DNA of 33,392 bases from a virus (Duplodnaviria > Caudoviricetes). How positions within the stretch are numbered: the stretch's first letter is position 1; each line of letters starts with the position of its first letter. The DNA lies in IMG/VR virus record IMGVR_UViG_3300020042_004684, positions 1 through 33,392 of that record. The stretch is one strand, 5' to 3'. The notes beneath the pieces were generated by a model that had not been told where the DNA came from, searched no databases, and saw only the letters and a list, made by a program, of their open reading frames with translations. Positions 23,601 to 33,391 of this stretch are shown here, piece by piece. The position numbers were made by a program, and so were the translations under genes.

Positions 23601-24211
23601 AAGTTTACAAAGCAATCAACGCCGTTCAATCTGAACTGGCAATCCTTGGCATCACAAAAAACCGCCGAAACCAACAAGGTAGCGGTTACAACTTTCGCGG
23701 TATTGATGACGTTTACAACACCATTGCACCTTTGTTGTCCAAACATGGATTGTGCATTTTGCCTCGCGTCTTATCGCGTGAGTGCATTGAACGCACCAGC
23801 AAATCAGGAGGCGGCTTGTTTTATGTCACCGTAGATGCTGAGTTTGATTTTGTATCCGCAGAAGATGGCAGCAAGCATACGGTTAAGACGTTTGGCGAGG
23901 CTATGGATAGCGGCGACAAGGCTACTAACAAAGCAATGTCAGCGGCATATAAATATGCTTGTTTTCAAGCATTTAGCATTCCCACAGAGGCCGACAATGA
24001 TGCAGATGCCCACACGCATGAACTTCAAAAGTCAGAACCAAACGTCAAATTTATTGAAGAACAATTAGGCGTTATGGCTACCTGTGCAACCGTGGACGAA
24101 TTGAAACTTGCTTACAACGGTGCTTATGCTTGTTGCGATGGAGACCAGGTGTATCAAGCAAAAGTAATTGCAGTAAAAAACAAACGCTTAAAGGAACTTA
24201 AAAATGTCTGA
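23597..24211 (+). CDS. erf: ERF-family single-strand annealing protein (second subtype)
   Basis: YNFRGIDDV..GEAMDSGDKATNKAMSAAYKY..F.IPTE; upstream of YqaJ. Confidence 0.88.
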   Translation: MKVYKAINAVQSELAILGITKNRRNQQGSGYNFRGIDDVYNTIAPLLSKHGLCILPRVLSRECIERTSKSGGGLFYVTVDAEFDFVSAEDGSKHTVKTFGEAMDSGDKATNKAMSAAYKYACFQAFSIPTEADNDADAHTHELQKSEPNVKFIEEQLGVMATCATVDELKLAYNGAYACCDGDQVYQAKVIAVKNKRLKELKNV

Positions 24212-24830
24212 TCTTATTGAACAGGGCACTGATGCATGGTTTACCGCCCGCATAGGCAAAGTAACCGCCTCGCGGGTTGCCGACTTAATGGCTAAGACCA
24301 AAAGCGGATACAGCACTTCGCGGGACAACTACATGGCACAACTGGTCTGTGAAAACATTACAAAAACCAAAGCGGAAGGATTTACCAACGCCGCAATGGA
24401 ATGGGGAACGGAACAGGAACCGTTCGCCAGAGCAGCGTATGAGGCAAAAACGGGCGTGATGGTTGAGGAGGTAGGGTTTGTGCCACATCCACTAATTGAG
24501 TGGGCTGGCGCGTCCCCTGATGGCCTTGTTGGGCCTGATGGCCTAGTAGAAATCAAATGCCCTAACACCGCAACCATGATTGACACACTTTTGACTGGCA
24601 AAGTACCTGGTAAGTACAACACGCAAATGCAATTTCAAATGGCTTGCACGGGTCGCCATTGGTGCGACTATGTTGTATTTGACCCAAGGATGCCAGCCAA
24701 AGCGCAACTGTTTGTCAAACGGGTTTTCCGTGATGATGCTTTTATTCAAGATATGGAAGCGGAAATTGTCAATTTCTTAGCTGAAGTAAACGTGCAAATT
24801 CAACAACTTAACTCAATCATTGAAGGCTAA
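24204..24830 (+). CDS. YqaJ/lambda-exonuclease family nuclease
   Basis: Near-identical to 13333..13980. Confidence 0.93.
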   Translation: MSDLIEQGTDAWFTARIGKVTASRVADLMAKTKSGYSTSRDNYMAQLVCENITKTKAEGFTNAAMEWGTEQEPFARAAYEAKTGVMVEEVGFVPHPLIEWAGASPDGLVGPDGLVEIKCPNTATMIDTLLTGKVPGKYNTQMQFQMACTGRHWCDYVVFDPRMPAKAQLFVKRVFRDDAFIQDMEAEIVNFLAEVNVQIQQLNSIIEG

Positions 24831-24832
24831 TT

Positions 24833-25072
24833 ATGTCCAAGATCAAAAAAGAAATCTCTGTTATCAGCGGCAAATACACCAATGCCCAAGGCCAAGCAAA
24901 GAACCGCTACACCCGCATCGGTTCAATTATTGAAACTAAAAGCGGCGATATGCTGAAGCTGGATGTAACCCCACTAATGGAAGGGGGCTGGAATGGTTGG
25001 GCTTACATCAACGAACCAAAACCAAAGGATGAGGGCTTTCCTAAAGATAACTTTGAAGATGTACCTTTTTAA
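24833..25072 (+). CDS. Small SSB-like protein
   Basis: Ends FEDVPF; homolog of 13094..13330. Confidence 0.6.
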   Translation: MSKIKKEISVISGKYTNAQGQAKNRYTRIGSIIETKSGDMLKLDVTPLMEGGWNGWAYINEPKPKDEGFPKDNFEDVPF

Positions 25073-25081
25073 GGATAAATC

Positions 25082-25363
25082 ATGGAACACTATCGCGCTA
25101 GGAACACTGACCCGATAACAAGCTGGCAAGCGGCTGACGAAGCAAAAGACATTGCCAAAGCCCACGCTGCATTGATTCTTAAAACTCTGATGGAGCAAGG
25201 CCCGTTAGGTAAAGATGGAATTGCTTTCTTTGCCGTAATGGATGGACACCAGGTAGCGAGGCGCTTGCCCGAAATGGAGCGTGATGGTCTAGTTGGGTTG
25301 ACAGGCAAGACTGTCAAATCAATGGCTAAACGTGCTGAAAGGGAATGGTATGCGATTTCTTAA
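25082..25363 (+). CDS. Putative winged-helix DNA-binding protein
   Basis: Homolog of 12804..13085. Confidence 0.7.
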   Translation: MEHYRARNTDPITSWQAADEAKDIAKAHAALILKTLMEQGPLGKDGIAFFAVMDGHQVARRLPEMERDGLVGLTGKTVKSMAKRAEREWYAIS

Positions 25364-25541
25364 ATTTATTAAGGATTATTACCGCGACCTAACGCCAGTC
25401 GAGGTTATCCAGCGAGAGCTTGCCCAAGCCCATCTGGACAGGCTTGAAGCTGAATCAGCTTGTGAGTATGCAAAAGCGTGCCATGATCTAAGTATGGGCA
25501 GGATAGAGCGTTTGAATAAACGTATGGAGGAATACAAATGA
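25350..25541 (+). CDS. Small coiled-coil hypothetical protein
   Basis: Homolog of 12626..12817. Confidence 0.7.
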   Translation: MRFLKFIKDYYRDLTPVEVIQRELAQAHLDRLEAESACEYAKACHDLSMGRIERLNKRMEEYK

Positions 25542-25753
25542 CTTGCTCATGTTGCACCTACAAATGCGAACAGGGGCGCGATTGCCCTGTCAGAAAACAG
25601 CGCATCAAAGAAGTCAACGATGCCTATACAAACGGTTACAACGATGCTCAACTGGACGACCCCTACGTCGACACAATCGGCACTTTTAAGGCGCTGGTAA
25701 TTGTGCTGGCAGTGTGCATTGCTGTGACACTGCTATTTTTTATTTGGAGGTAA
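25538..25753 (+). CDS. Small Cys-rich protein with C-terminal TM
   Basis: Homolog of 12175..12390. Confidence 0.7.
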   Translation: MTCSCCTYKCEQGRDCPVRKQRIKEVNDAYTNGYNDAQLDDPYVDTIGTFKALVIVLAVCIAVTLLFFIWR

Positions 25754-25755
25754 GT

Positions 25756-25986
25756 ATGAGCATCCTAGAAATGGCACAAGAGTACAAACTAATTGGAATG
25801 CGTCCGCACCTAGATGGCATCTATCAAGAAGCCCTTGAGAAGTTTGCCGCACTGGTGGCAGCACAGGAGCGTGAGGCGTGTGCAAAGTTAGCAGCAGAGA
25901 CTGTCTGCGATGTTCATTTACCAACCGGCACAAAAATATATGGAGGCAGAGTAGCGACCGCCATCCGCGCAAGGGGAACAACATGA
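25756..25986 (+). CDS. Hypothetical protein (EREACA family)
   Basis: SD GGAGG; LEKFAALVAAQEREACA..AIRARGTT. Confidence 0.75.
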   Translation: MSILEMAQEYKLIGMRPHLDGIYQEALEKFAALVAAQEREACAKLAAETVCDVHLPTGTKIYGGRVATAIRARGTT

Positions 25987-26141
25987 TATTGACCCAAGGA
26001 AAAACAGTGCAGGGGTTGGTAGACGAACTGCTGGAAACAATCCACAAGTACGATGATGTTATGTTTCTGTCAACCGCCATTGGATGCTTGGAATTGGTTA
26101 AGCAGCAATTGATTAACGACAGTCTGGAGGACGCAGTATGA
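25983..26141 (+). CDS. Small hypothetical protein
   Basis: ATGA coupling at both ends; AIGCLELVKQQLI. Confidence 0.7.
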   Translation: MILTQGKTVQGLVDELLETIHKYDDVMFLSTAIGCLELVKQQLINDSLEDAV

Positions 26142-26365
26142 AAAAGATGACACCGTGGTTCCCGCCGCACATCAAGCCCGCACGCAAGGGCGTGTACGAA
26201 GTTAAGTTCACGCCAAAAAATTCGTCGGAGTCTTATATGTATGCAATGTGGAATAACAAACAATGGTCGCGTGTTGCCACTTACGAAGAAATGGCACGTT
26301 TCCACTCAAATTTTGATGCCCTACAAAACAAGTATTGGCGCGGTTTTAAGGAGAAACAAACATGA
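26138..26365 (+). CDS. Hypothetical protein
   Basis: TPWFPPHIKPARKGVYE..WRG; SD GGAGG. Confidence 0.75.
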   Translation: MKKMTPWFPPHIKPARKGVYEVKFTPKNSSESYMYAMWNNKQWSRVATYEEMARFHSNFDALQNKYWRGFKEKQT

Positions 26366-26817
26366 CTGGATTTAAATCAAAGAAGACTGCGGCGCAGGAT
26401 AAGTTAGCACAGCCAGCGCAGGAGTCAAAGGACAGGAAGCGCGGAAGCATAGCTTTGGCGCGCAGCCTTTGCTATCAGATAGCAGGGGCAGCAAGCGAAG
26501 ATGACGATATAAGCGGAAGCGATTACGGCAGCGTAGACATTGCCGAGATTCTTTCGGCAGAAGTTGTGCGTTTGCAAGCAGCATTGGCACAGCCAGCGCG
26601 GGAGCCGGATGTAGTAATGCACTGGGCATCGCACACATGGACAACGCTTAACCCGCCACCGAAAGGAAGTGGTAACGTTAATTTGTATTACGCACCCCCA
26701 CCCGCAGCACCTGTGCAGCCAGCGCAGGAGCGTAACTTCTGCGAACGCTGCGGTAAACGCACAGCAGACCTAACCGTGATTCACACTTGCACACCACCAC
26801 AGAAACCCAATGCGTAA
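26362..26817 (+). CDS. Modular hypothetical protein (three QPA(Q/R)E linkers)
   Basis: Shares N-terminus with 11387..11719 and C-terminus with 10744..11013. Confidence 0.75.
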   Translation: MTGFKSKKTAAQDKLAQPAQESKDRKRGSIALARSLCYQIAGAASEDDDISGSDYGSVDIAEILSAEVVRLQAALAQPAREPDVVMHWASHTWTTLNPPPKGSGNVNLYYAPPPAAPVQPAQERNFCERCGKRTADLTVIHTCTPPQKPNA

Positions 26818-27055
26818 GTCAAGCCACAATGTTGTGCGGGATGCGCTACACAAACACCCAGACGGGCTGACAGTGTTTGAGTTGCAGTACCGTTTTAACA
26901 TCCATCAATCAACAATCAAGCGTGCGTTGGAGCAAATGCCAGACGCTTACATTGATCGGTGGGAGGCTTATAAAGGCCGTGGCCCACTGCCCTGGCGCGC
27001 TGTTTGGTGCGTTGTTGTCCCACCCAAAAACTGTCCTATGCCGAGTAAAGCCTAG
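26810..27055 (+). CDS. Small putative HTH DNA-binding protein
   Basis: Homolog of 10520..10747. Confidence 0.7.
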   Translation: MRKSSHNVVRDALHKHPDGLTVFELQYRFNIHQSTIKRALEQMPDAYIDRWEAYKGRGPLPWRAVWCVVVPPKNCPMPSKA

Positions 27056-27467
27056 TTCCTTTGTTGTCTATTATTAGCGTTTGACCCCTTGGTTTACCCT
27101 CGGGGTCATTCGGAATGCTAATGTGTGTCCAACGGTCAAACTCTCGAATTAGTTGGTCATAGGGTAAACCAGCTGCCATGATTGCTTTTACCACTTGGTC
27201 GGGAGTCATACCAGGAACGCGAATATCAGCAGCACAGCCGAGCCGATGTTGGCTTGTGTCCTTGCTACCAACGGCATCGTTTACTTCTTTGCACCGAAAC
27301 GCACTGTTAACCATAACCGGCTTGCCGCCGATAGAGACTTTAACTTGCTCCAGCAGTTCAGCCAAACGCTGAAGATTTGTTCTTTCACTAGGACTAGGTT
27401 CATTCTTATACTCCCGATGGTCGGTTGTGGTCAGTTCTTCAAGAGTGAAGTGTTCGGTCAAGTTCAT
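27036..27467 (-). CDS. Endolysin, peptidase M15-type Zn peptidase
   Basis: LTEHFTLEEL, SAFRC..N..VG...SQH..G.AAD, W.HIS. Confidence 0.92.
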   Translation of the reverse strand: MNLTEHFTLEELTTTDHREYKNEPSPSERTNLQRLAELLEQVKVSIGGKPVMVNSAFRCKEVNDAVGSKDTSQHRLGCAADIRVPGMTPDQVVKAIMAAGLPYDQLIREFDRWTHISIPNDPEGKPRGQTLIIDNKGTRLYSA

Positions 27468-27871
27468 CTTGATGCCTTGTCTGCCAGCTTTTCAGCAGTA
27501 CGCAAACCACCAAGACCGAGCATTCCAAGTAAAAGTGGCATCATGGTTCCGGTGTCCATTTGCGGGAACTTCACGGGGTGACCGTAGAGCGCAGAACCCC
27601 ACTCGGCCAGAGGGCCAATGACAAATTGAACAGCAAAACCCGCGCCGCATATCCAGCCGATAGCTGGTCGCCAGCCGCTGACAAAAACGCTAGGATTTGC
27701 AGCCTCTGCCTTGTTAATCTCCATTTGTCCCGCAATCTGAGTTAGCTCACCCGACTGCTGAAGTTTGAGTAGTTCAAGCCGAGCCGCAGCCTGCTGTGTC
27801 GGGTCAGGGAAAACTCTGTCTAAGACTTTGCCGCCAATGTCTAACAATGCGGATACGGGATCAAGTGCCAT
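27464..27871 (-). CDS. 3TM holin-family protein
   Basis: EINKAEA..FVSGWRPAIGWIC..LLGMLGLGGLRT.EK; coupled to the endolysin. Confidence 0.8.
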   Translation of the reverse strand: MALDPVSALLDIGGKVLDRVFPDPTQQAAARLELLKLQQSGELTQIAGQMEINKAEAANPSVFVSGWRPAIGWICGAGFAVQFVIGPLAEWGSALYGHPVKFPQMDTGTMMPLLLGMLGLGGLRTAEKLADKASR

Positions 27872-28091
27872 TGGGTGTTCCTTTGTTCGTGCGGATGTCC
27901 ACAATCTTCTCGGCAGTCTTGCCAGCAAAGATGGCGGTAATTACAATAATCATTGCTTGCCCCAGCAGGTCTACATACGCGCCCCGCGTCTCTAGTTCAA
28001 AGACCGACAGCAGCGCAAAGAAGAAATAAGAAAACAGCAAGAATATGACCGTCACCGGCTGGATATTGCGTGCTAACCATGACTCGTTCAT
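27861..28091 (-). CDS. Small two-TM membrane protein (holin/antiholin-like)
   Basis: SWLARNIQP, two TMs, FAGKTAEK. Confidence 0.65.
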   Translation of the reverse strand: MNESWLARNIQPVTVIFLLFSYFFFALLSVFELETRGAYVDLLGQAMIIVITAIFAGKTAEKIVDIRTNKGTPNGT

Positions 28092-28390
28092 TTCGCTTTC
28101 TCCATGATCTTGGCACGTAATGTGGGGCTATCTGATGTGCCTGCCCACTCTGCTAAAGAGTTCCAAATTAAGACGTAATCTCCACCACTACACTTTGAAC
28201 TATCCAACCATTCCAGCATGGCTTTGTGGCGCTCTGCGGGGTCATGAGTTGTCAAGCCAATCACATACAACTCCTGCACCGCGCAACTTGATTGTTTTTT
28301 GGGCAGAAGAGGCAAGGTGTTGCCCAAAATTAGCTTGTCTTGGGCAACCGATACCGTGACCAGCGCCAAAAAAAGTATGACGCTGCGCAT
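28088..28390 (-). CDS. Putative exported hypothetical protein
   Basis: Signal-peptide-like N-terminus; IWNSLAEWAGT.DS motif. Confidence 0.65.
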   Translation of the reverse strand: MRSVILFLALVTVSVAQDKLILGNTLPLLPKKQSSCAVQELYVIGLTTHDPAERHKAMLEWLDSSKCSGGDYVLIWNSLAEWAGTSDSPTLRAKIMEKAK

Positions 28391-28393
28391 TAA

Positions 28394-28612
28394 TCATTTG
28401 TCTACTTTATGTTCCAGCCGGTCAAAAATCTTGCCCAGCATTTCTTTAACCTCGCGCATATCATCCTTGTAGTCCTGACGGGCAACGTAGATCGTGGGCA
28501 GCTTGGACAGGTCGTTTTTCAAGTCCTGCACTGCCGTCCACAACTCCCTTGCAAACCATCCGGCCACGCCCATGCAGCCCCCCAGAATGAGGTTGATTGT
28601 CTGCTGATCCAT
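28394..28612 (-). CDS. Small TM plus coiled-coil protein
   Basis: Homolog of 8475..8699. Confidence 0.75.
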   Translation of the reverse strand: MDQQTINLILGGCMGVAGWFARELWTAVQDLKNDLSKLPTIYVARQDYKDDMREVKEMLGKIFDRLEHKVDK

Positions 28613-28965
28613 TACATTCCTTCGCCCTGCACAATATAAACAGTAGCTGCTGCCGATGCAAGGCCGCTGAAATACGATGTGCGTGCAAAGCGCAAAATCT
28701 CCACAGCACCAGGCACAAGCACAATGGCTGGGCTTGGGTCGCCTGCTATCGGCGCAACAGCGTTTGCTGTAGCCAATGCCGCAGTCGTGCCAACACCCAA
28801 AAACACCGTATAAACGCTGTCATTGATGATGCGGTATTGACCTGTGCCCTGTGCGTCAAGCCTGCCACTAACCAGCGCTTGAACGCCAGTAGGGGCACTA
28901 GCCGCCGCAGGAACTACTACGGTCTCGCCAAGAGGCGCAAATGCAATTTGTGAATTGGTTGACAT
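28612..28965 (-). CDS. Conserved hypothetical protein
   Basis: Near-identical to 7793..8146. Confidence 0.8.
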   Translation of the reverse strand: MSTNSQIAFAPLGETVVVPAAASAPTGVQALVSGRLDAQGTGQYRIINDSVYTVFLGVGTTAALATANAVAPIAGDPSPAIVLVPGAVEILRFARTSYFSGLASAAATVYIVQGEGM

Positions 28966-28966
28966 A

Positions 28967-29212
28967 TCAAACTCCTTGCGCAGCGGTGACTGCTTCGTAT
29001 GCTGCAATTACGTCAGCCGTGTGGATAGATGAGGCAATTGCTTTCACCTTGGCATCTTCAGCACTATAGTCTGCACCAGGCACAATAACGTGGCGGTGGA
29101 ACTTGCTACTAATTTCAACGCCATCTTCTTTGATAGCGGTTTTTGTGCGAACTTGAAGTGTGCCGTTTTCAACGACTTCAATCAGATCAACAGATACAAT
29201 TTTTTCTAACAT
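28967..29212 (-). CDS. Conserved small phage protein
   Basis: Homolog of 7552..7791. Confidence 0.8.
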   Translation of the reverse strand: MLEKIVSVDLIEVVENGTLQVRTKTAIKEDGVEISSKFHRHVIVPGADYSAEDAKVKAIASSIHTADVIAAYEAVTAAQGV

Positions 29213-29283
29213 GATGTTTCCTTGTTTCCAGCCTAACTATCTAGTCAAGCATTAAGGTTTCCAGTTGTCCGAACTGGTACGGG
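29213..29283 (-). ncRNA. Candidate structured cis-regulatory RNA (arm B copy)
   Basis: Counterpart of 7481..7551. Confidence 0.6.
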
Positions 29284-30693
29284 CTATTGTTGCAAAGTCA
29301 AAGTCAAAGGATACAAATACCCTGATGTCCCTGCGTTGTTAAACGTAGCAACAGCGTAATAGTAAAGATTTCCCAAAGCCGATGTGTTCAGTGTAATTGA
29401 TGCAGTCGTGCTGGTTGAAGCTGTAACACTTCCCAGTGAAGTAGGGCTGTCGCTTGTTGGTGAGCAACTAAACAACTGCACAGTAACCGCATTTGCGCCA
29501 GTAGGAATATACCGAAAAGACAAAGTGGTTGCAAACGATCTTGCGGGGAAATTGATTGGCAAAATAATAACGCCATTCAAACTTTCAATTCTTTGTGCAG
29601 TACCCGATATTAGACTACCTGAGTCCAATTTTCCTTGTGTGTAAGGGTTTGCATAAGTGTACGAAAAGGCGTTTGCTGCGTATGTTCCGATTGCGTAGTT
29701 TGTGACCGATTCTAAACTGTTTCCAGATACATTAACAAAGCGGCTGCTGTACTCATCGCTTAGGTCTAAGAACGCGCCAAAATCTTCAACATAGTTAAAT
29801 GTGACCGACAAAAATTGTGATGCGGCAGACGCACTATTACCGCCTACATAAAATGTGCTACTGGCTTTTACGCCAACGCTATTTCTAAAGGCATAGTTTT
29901 GCGTGATTGTTAAGTTTGCTACGTTAGCATCGTCAACAGATACCACAAATTGAATTTCTTCAAAGTAATTGTTGGCAATATTGATGTTGTAACACGGCAT
30001 TGCAGAACCATCGCGGTTTATGTAGATAGCAGCATTACCCGCAGTAGCCTTCTGCATGATGTTGTTGTTGATGTTTAACGATGTTGTTGCACCGTTAACG
30101 TAAACAAATGTAGAGCAATTTGTGATGTTGTTGTAAGCAATCTCAGTTGCTTGATTGTTTGCTCCTAAACGAATACCTAAATTTGTTGTGCCGGCTGTGC
30201 CGCTAATAAAGTTATTTAAAATTCGTTGTCCAAAAACATAGACACCCGTTGGCGTGTTTTCATCTTCAAGGTAGATGTTACTACCGTTAGAATTATTTAT
30301 GATTCTGTTATTGAGGATGTTGCATTCTGGGCCTTTGATGTCCAACAACTTGGATACGTTTGCTGTCCCCAACAAGTACACGTTACGCAAAGTCTGTTTG
30401 TCACAAGCAATAGCGCCAGTTGGCACACCCATAATTAAGCCTTCTTTTGATGAAGCAAAAGTAAACGTAATTTGCGAACCCCAACCATTGCCAAACAACG
30501 TTTGGAACGGCGTGTTCATTGACAGCGTATCTGTACAAAGAAACGCGCCTGCCGGAATGAAAACATCTAAGCCCGTATCTAGTGCAGCTTGAATTGCAAC
30601 GGTGTTATTGGCAGATGATGTTGAAGCGCCGTAGTCAAGAATATTGACAGGCGCACCCTGAATCATTGAATAGCTTACTTTTGTCAAAGACAT
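29284..30693 (-). CDS. Beta-helix tailspike/depolymerase
   Basis: MSLTKVSYSMI..NILDYGA..AIQAALD; Asn-rich beta-helix repeats. Confidence 0.8.
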   Translation of the reverse strand: MSLTKVSYSMIQGAPVNILDYGASTSSANNTVAIQAALDTGLDVFIPAGAFLCTDTLSMNTPFQTLFGNGWGSQITFTFASSKEGLIMGVPTGAIACDKQTLRNVYLLGTANVSKLLDIKGPECNILNNRIINNSNGSNIYLEDENTPTGVYVFGQRILNNFISGTAGTTNLGIRLGANNQATEIAYNNITNCSTFVYVNGATTSLNINNNIMQKATAGNAAIYINRDGSAMPCYNINIANNYFEEIQFVVSVDDANVANLTITQNYAFRNSVGVKASSTFYVGGNSASAASQFLSVTFNYVEDFGAFLDLSDEYSSRFVNVSGNSLESVTNYAIGTYAANAFSYTYANPYTQGKLDSGSLISGTAQRIESLNGVIILPINFPARSFATTLSFRYIPTGANAVTVQLFSCSPTSDSPTSLGSVTASTSTTASITLNTSALGNLYYYAVATFNNAGTSGYLYPLTLTLQQ

Positions 30694-30702
30694 TTTATTT
30701 CC

Positions 30703-31542
30703 TTAGACGAAATATGTGCCTGCAATTTTTACAGTATCCGCAGAAAAATCTACGTAATCAAATATGCCACCAGTGGTTACGCTATATAGGTTTACATCTG
30801 TGGTAGACGCTACGACAAAAGCAAAAATTGCAGAGCCTCTATTTGTATAAACAGCACAAGAATAGTTATTTGCAGATACTGTAAAAGGTAGTCCACCTAA
30901 ACCAGCGCCAGCGGTGCTTGCCGTTACTGGAAAAACAACTTCCATTACAAAATGCACAGCACGTCCAATTTTTGTGTATTTGCCCGTGGCTGAAGTGAGA
31001 GTCACGGGGCCAGCAGTAGGGGTAAAAGTCCCTTCCTCATAGTCAGCCAGCAACTCGCTGGTCATCGTGCCAGTTCCTGATGAAGTAACAGAAAAGTCAA
31101 TCCCTTTGCCAGATGTGCCGATGACTAAGTTGCCTGTAGATAAAGATACATCACCAACTAAAGTTGGGGCTGTGGCGAGTACGTTACTTCCAGTGCCTGT
31201 GTTTGTTACGCTAACCACATTTTTGCTGGCATCCAGCGCCAAAGCAGTAGAGGCTGTCAGGTTAGATAGTGTGCTTGTACCAGAGACGGATAGATTGACA
31301 AAGTTACCGTCTGCACCACCCTCGACTCGCTGCCAAACAGCGCCATTGAATGTTGCAAGATCACCTACGCCCCAGTTGCTTATACCATTTAGGTTAGTTG
31401 AACCAGCAACGCTGACAACATAGTAATCGCCTTTTGCCCCAACGCTAGATGTGAGAGTGGGTGTGTTTGTAGAAGCGTTCCATGTGCCTTTGTAATTCAA
31501 AGCACCAAGTGCGTTTGTAATGGATGAGATTGCTTTTAACAT
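30703..31542 (-). CDS. Tail fiber/tailspike-associated protein
   Basis: YKGTWNA..GDYYVV domain then GIDFS..DYEEGTFTP..YTKIGR. Confidence 0.7.
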   Translation of the reverse strand: MLKAISSITNALGALNYKGTWNASTNTPTLTSSVGAKGDYYVVSVAGSTNLNGISNWGVGDLATFNGAVWQRVEGGADGNFVNLSVSGTSTLSNLTASTALALDASKNVVSVTNTGTGSNVLATAPTLVGDVSLSTGNLVIGTSGKGIDFSVTSSGTGTMTSELLADYEEGTFTPTAGPVTLTSATGKYTKIGRAVHFVMEVVFPVTASTAGAGLGGLPFTVSANNYSCAVYTNRGSAIFAFVVASTTDVNLYSVTTGGIFDYVDFSADTVKIAGTYFV

Positions 31543-31552
31543 GGTTTATTCC

Positions 31553-32044
31553 TCACAATACAAATTCAATTATGGATGTCAATGGTGGCGCTTGTGTGAA
31601 TGTAACATTGCCACTAGAAAGCGTATATGTGTTTTGATTTTGATACACGCCATTGATGTAAATAAGACTTGGAACAAAAGCAACCGAAAACACAGTCGTT
31701 GTGCCATCACCAGTAGCATTGACAAAAAGATTGCCAGCAGAGCCAGGAAAAGCATTGCCGTTCAAAGAGGTATAGATCACCGTGCCGTTCTTGTTTTGCA
31801 CTTGAATGGAGTAATCGCTTGCTGTATAGATTCGGGCTGGTGTGCCTTGGTAGACAGGATAACCCCCACTGGTGCGAATTGGTTGGACAGCAGAAATCGT
31901 CAATGCAGCATCAAAAAATACAGCAATTGGGTTGGTGATTGGGTTCAGATTGACAGTGCCAATCAAGATGTAACCATCCTCAAGCGGCTGTCCATCAGCA
32001 TCCGCAAACGCTGGATATGGCGGTTCTACTGATATTGCGGACAT
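31553..32044 (-). CDS. Tailspike head-binding-domain protein
   Basis: Homolog of 4819..5304. Confidence 0.75.
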   Translation of the reverse strand: MSAISVEPPYPAFADADGQPLEDGYILIGTVNLNPITNPIAVFFDAALTISAVQPIRTSGGYPVYQGTPARIYTASDYSIQVQNKNGTVIYTSLNGNAFPGSAGNLFVNATGDGTTTVFSVAFVPSLIYINGVYQNQNTYTLSSGNVTFTQAPPLTSIIEFVL

Positions 32045-33391
32045 TTATTGATTCTCCTGGTCGGCTTGGCGCTCGGTTTGTATCGCGGACTGCAAGAATT
32101 GAATCCTTGCGTCCGGCGACTTTGGCAACGCAACTGCGTCTGCAAATTTTTGGAAGGATTGTGACATGACTGTACGACGAATGCTAGCTGCGTTTGGCGT
32201 TCCCTTGGTCGCAGCTTCAATGGCAAGTTTTTGGAATCCTTCATCAGCAAACAGTTTTCCTGCCGCTTTAAGTGAATCCTTATTACCCTGAGTTAAAGCG
32301 CTAGTTATCACCGAGGTGGCGGCTGCTGCAACTGGCCCACCCATTGCCGCAGCACCCGTCAACGCCCCTTTTGACAGAGTGCTTTCCATAATCTTACCGA
32401 TCATACTTTCGGCCTGCATACCTTGCAGCAATGCTTGGTTGGCTTTGCCTGTAGTCAGTACATTGGCTCTAGCCTCGGTAACGCGCTTGGAAACCTCAAA
32501 CAAGTCACGCAGCACATCTGCCGAGTCTTTGCCAAGCGTGTCCACAATGGTCTTGTAAACGGGTGGGTTTGCGCGAAGTTTAGGATAAATGTCAGCAAAC
32601 TCAGAGAATCCAAATCCACCCTTCTCAGCACCTCTGGCCGAGCGTGTGACGGATGCCAATGCGGTGGCTATTGTTTCTTTGCGCAAATCCTCTGGCACGG
32701 TCTTGAGCAAGCGGTTGAAATCGCCAGCATCGCCCTTGGCCGCGCCTGTAATGGCGGTGCGCATCTTGTTGGCTACGCTGCCCTCGATGTCTTGACCAAA
32801 CGCATTCACGATGCGATTTCCCAATGCACGCTCTTTGGCATAAAGCAAGTTGGCAGCACGTAATTGCTGGCGCAGTTCCTCGCCTCCAATGTTGCCCACG
32901 TTTGTCAGTTGATCGTCAGCCAGTGCTGCATATAGGCGCTTGAGGTCTGCCTCGGCCATGCTGCCATAGGGTGACTCCATTTTATTAATGGCTTTTCCAA
33001 TTAATGATTTTTCGCGTTTGAGTAACCCATAGGTTACATCTCCGCGCTCAATCATATTTGCCAGTTTACGCTCGGCTGCGGACATACCTTCTTCAGTGAC
33101 TTCGGCCTTGATAGCATCAAGCGTTGCTTTTAGCTTTGGCAGATCAACGATAGATGTTTTTGGCACTACTGCATCAACATCATCGTAAACCTTGCTAGCA
33201 GCCGTATTAAGGTCTGCACGTGTCTTTGTCAGTGAGTCTTTGATCTTTTGCGACACCACGCCAGGAGCGACTGCGCCTTCAACAAAGGTTGCATCAAATT
33301 GCTTGATTACATCATCGGCCTTATCTACGGCCTGGGTAACGGTGTTGCGCCATGCTGCTTCGGCCTCACCCACGGCCGCTGAACGTGTTAA
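32045..33391 (-). CDS. Large ejection protein, C-terminal part (runs off the window)
   Basis: Frame open to the window edge; same slot as 2614..4803 but no visible similarity. Confidence 0.65.
   Translation of the reverse strand, partial: LTRSAAVGEAEAAWRNTVTQAVDKADDVIKQFDATFVEGAVAPGVVSQKIKDSLTKTRADLNTAASKVYDDVDAVVPKTSIVDLPKLKATLDAIKAEVTEEGMSAAERKLANMIERGDVTYGLLKREKSLIGKAINKMESPYGSMAEADLKRLYAALADDQLTNVGNIGGEELRQQLRAANLLYAKERALGNRIVNAFGQDIEGSVANKMRTAITGAAKGDAGDFNRLLKTVPEDLRKETIATALASVTRSARGAEKGGFGFSEFADIYPKLRANPPVYKTIVDTLGKDSADVLRDLFEVSKRVTEARANVLTTGKANQALLQGMQAESMIGKIMESTLSKGALTGAAAMGGPVAAAATSVITSALTQGNKDSLKAAGKLFADEGFQKLAIEAATKGTPNAASIRRTVMSQSFQKFADAVALPKSPDARIQFLQSAIQTERQADQENQ

Larger units (their letters stand above)
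4805..32058. repeat. Patchy inverted homology between arm A and arm B
   Basis: Blocks include 4805-5304/31553-32058, 7481-8146/28612-29283, 12626-14155/24027-25541, 15480-15815/22095-22431, 16355-17257/20686-21588. Confidence 0.95.

Noticed and set aside
4805-32058. Invertible segment, terminal inverted repeats or a simple fold-back of one genome
   Set aside because: No recombinase gene is present, and the arms differ by many substitutions and whole genes
180-32863. Many antisense or alternate-frame ORFs (e.g. 1678..2130, 3115..3552, 16156..16563, 25733..26305, 31520..32032)
   Set aside because: Shadows of well-supported genes, without SD or recognisable motifs
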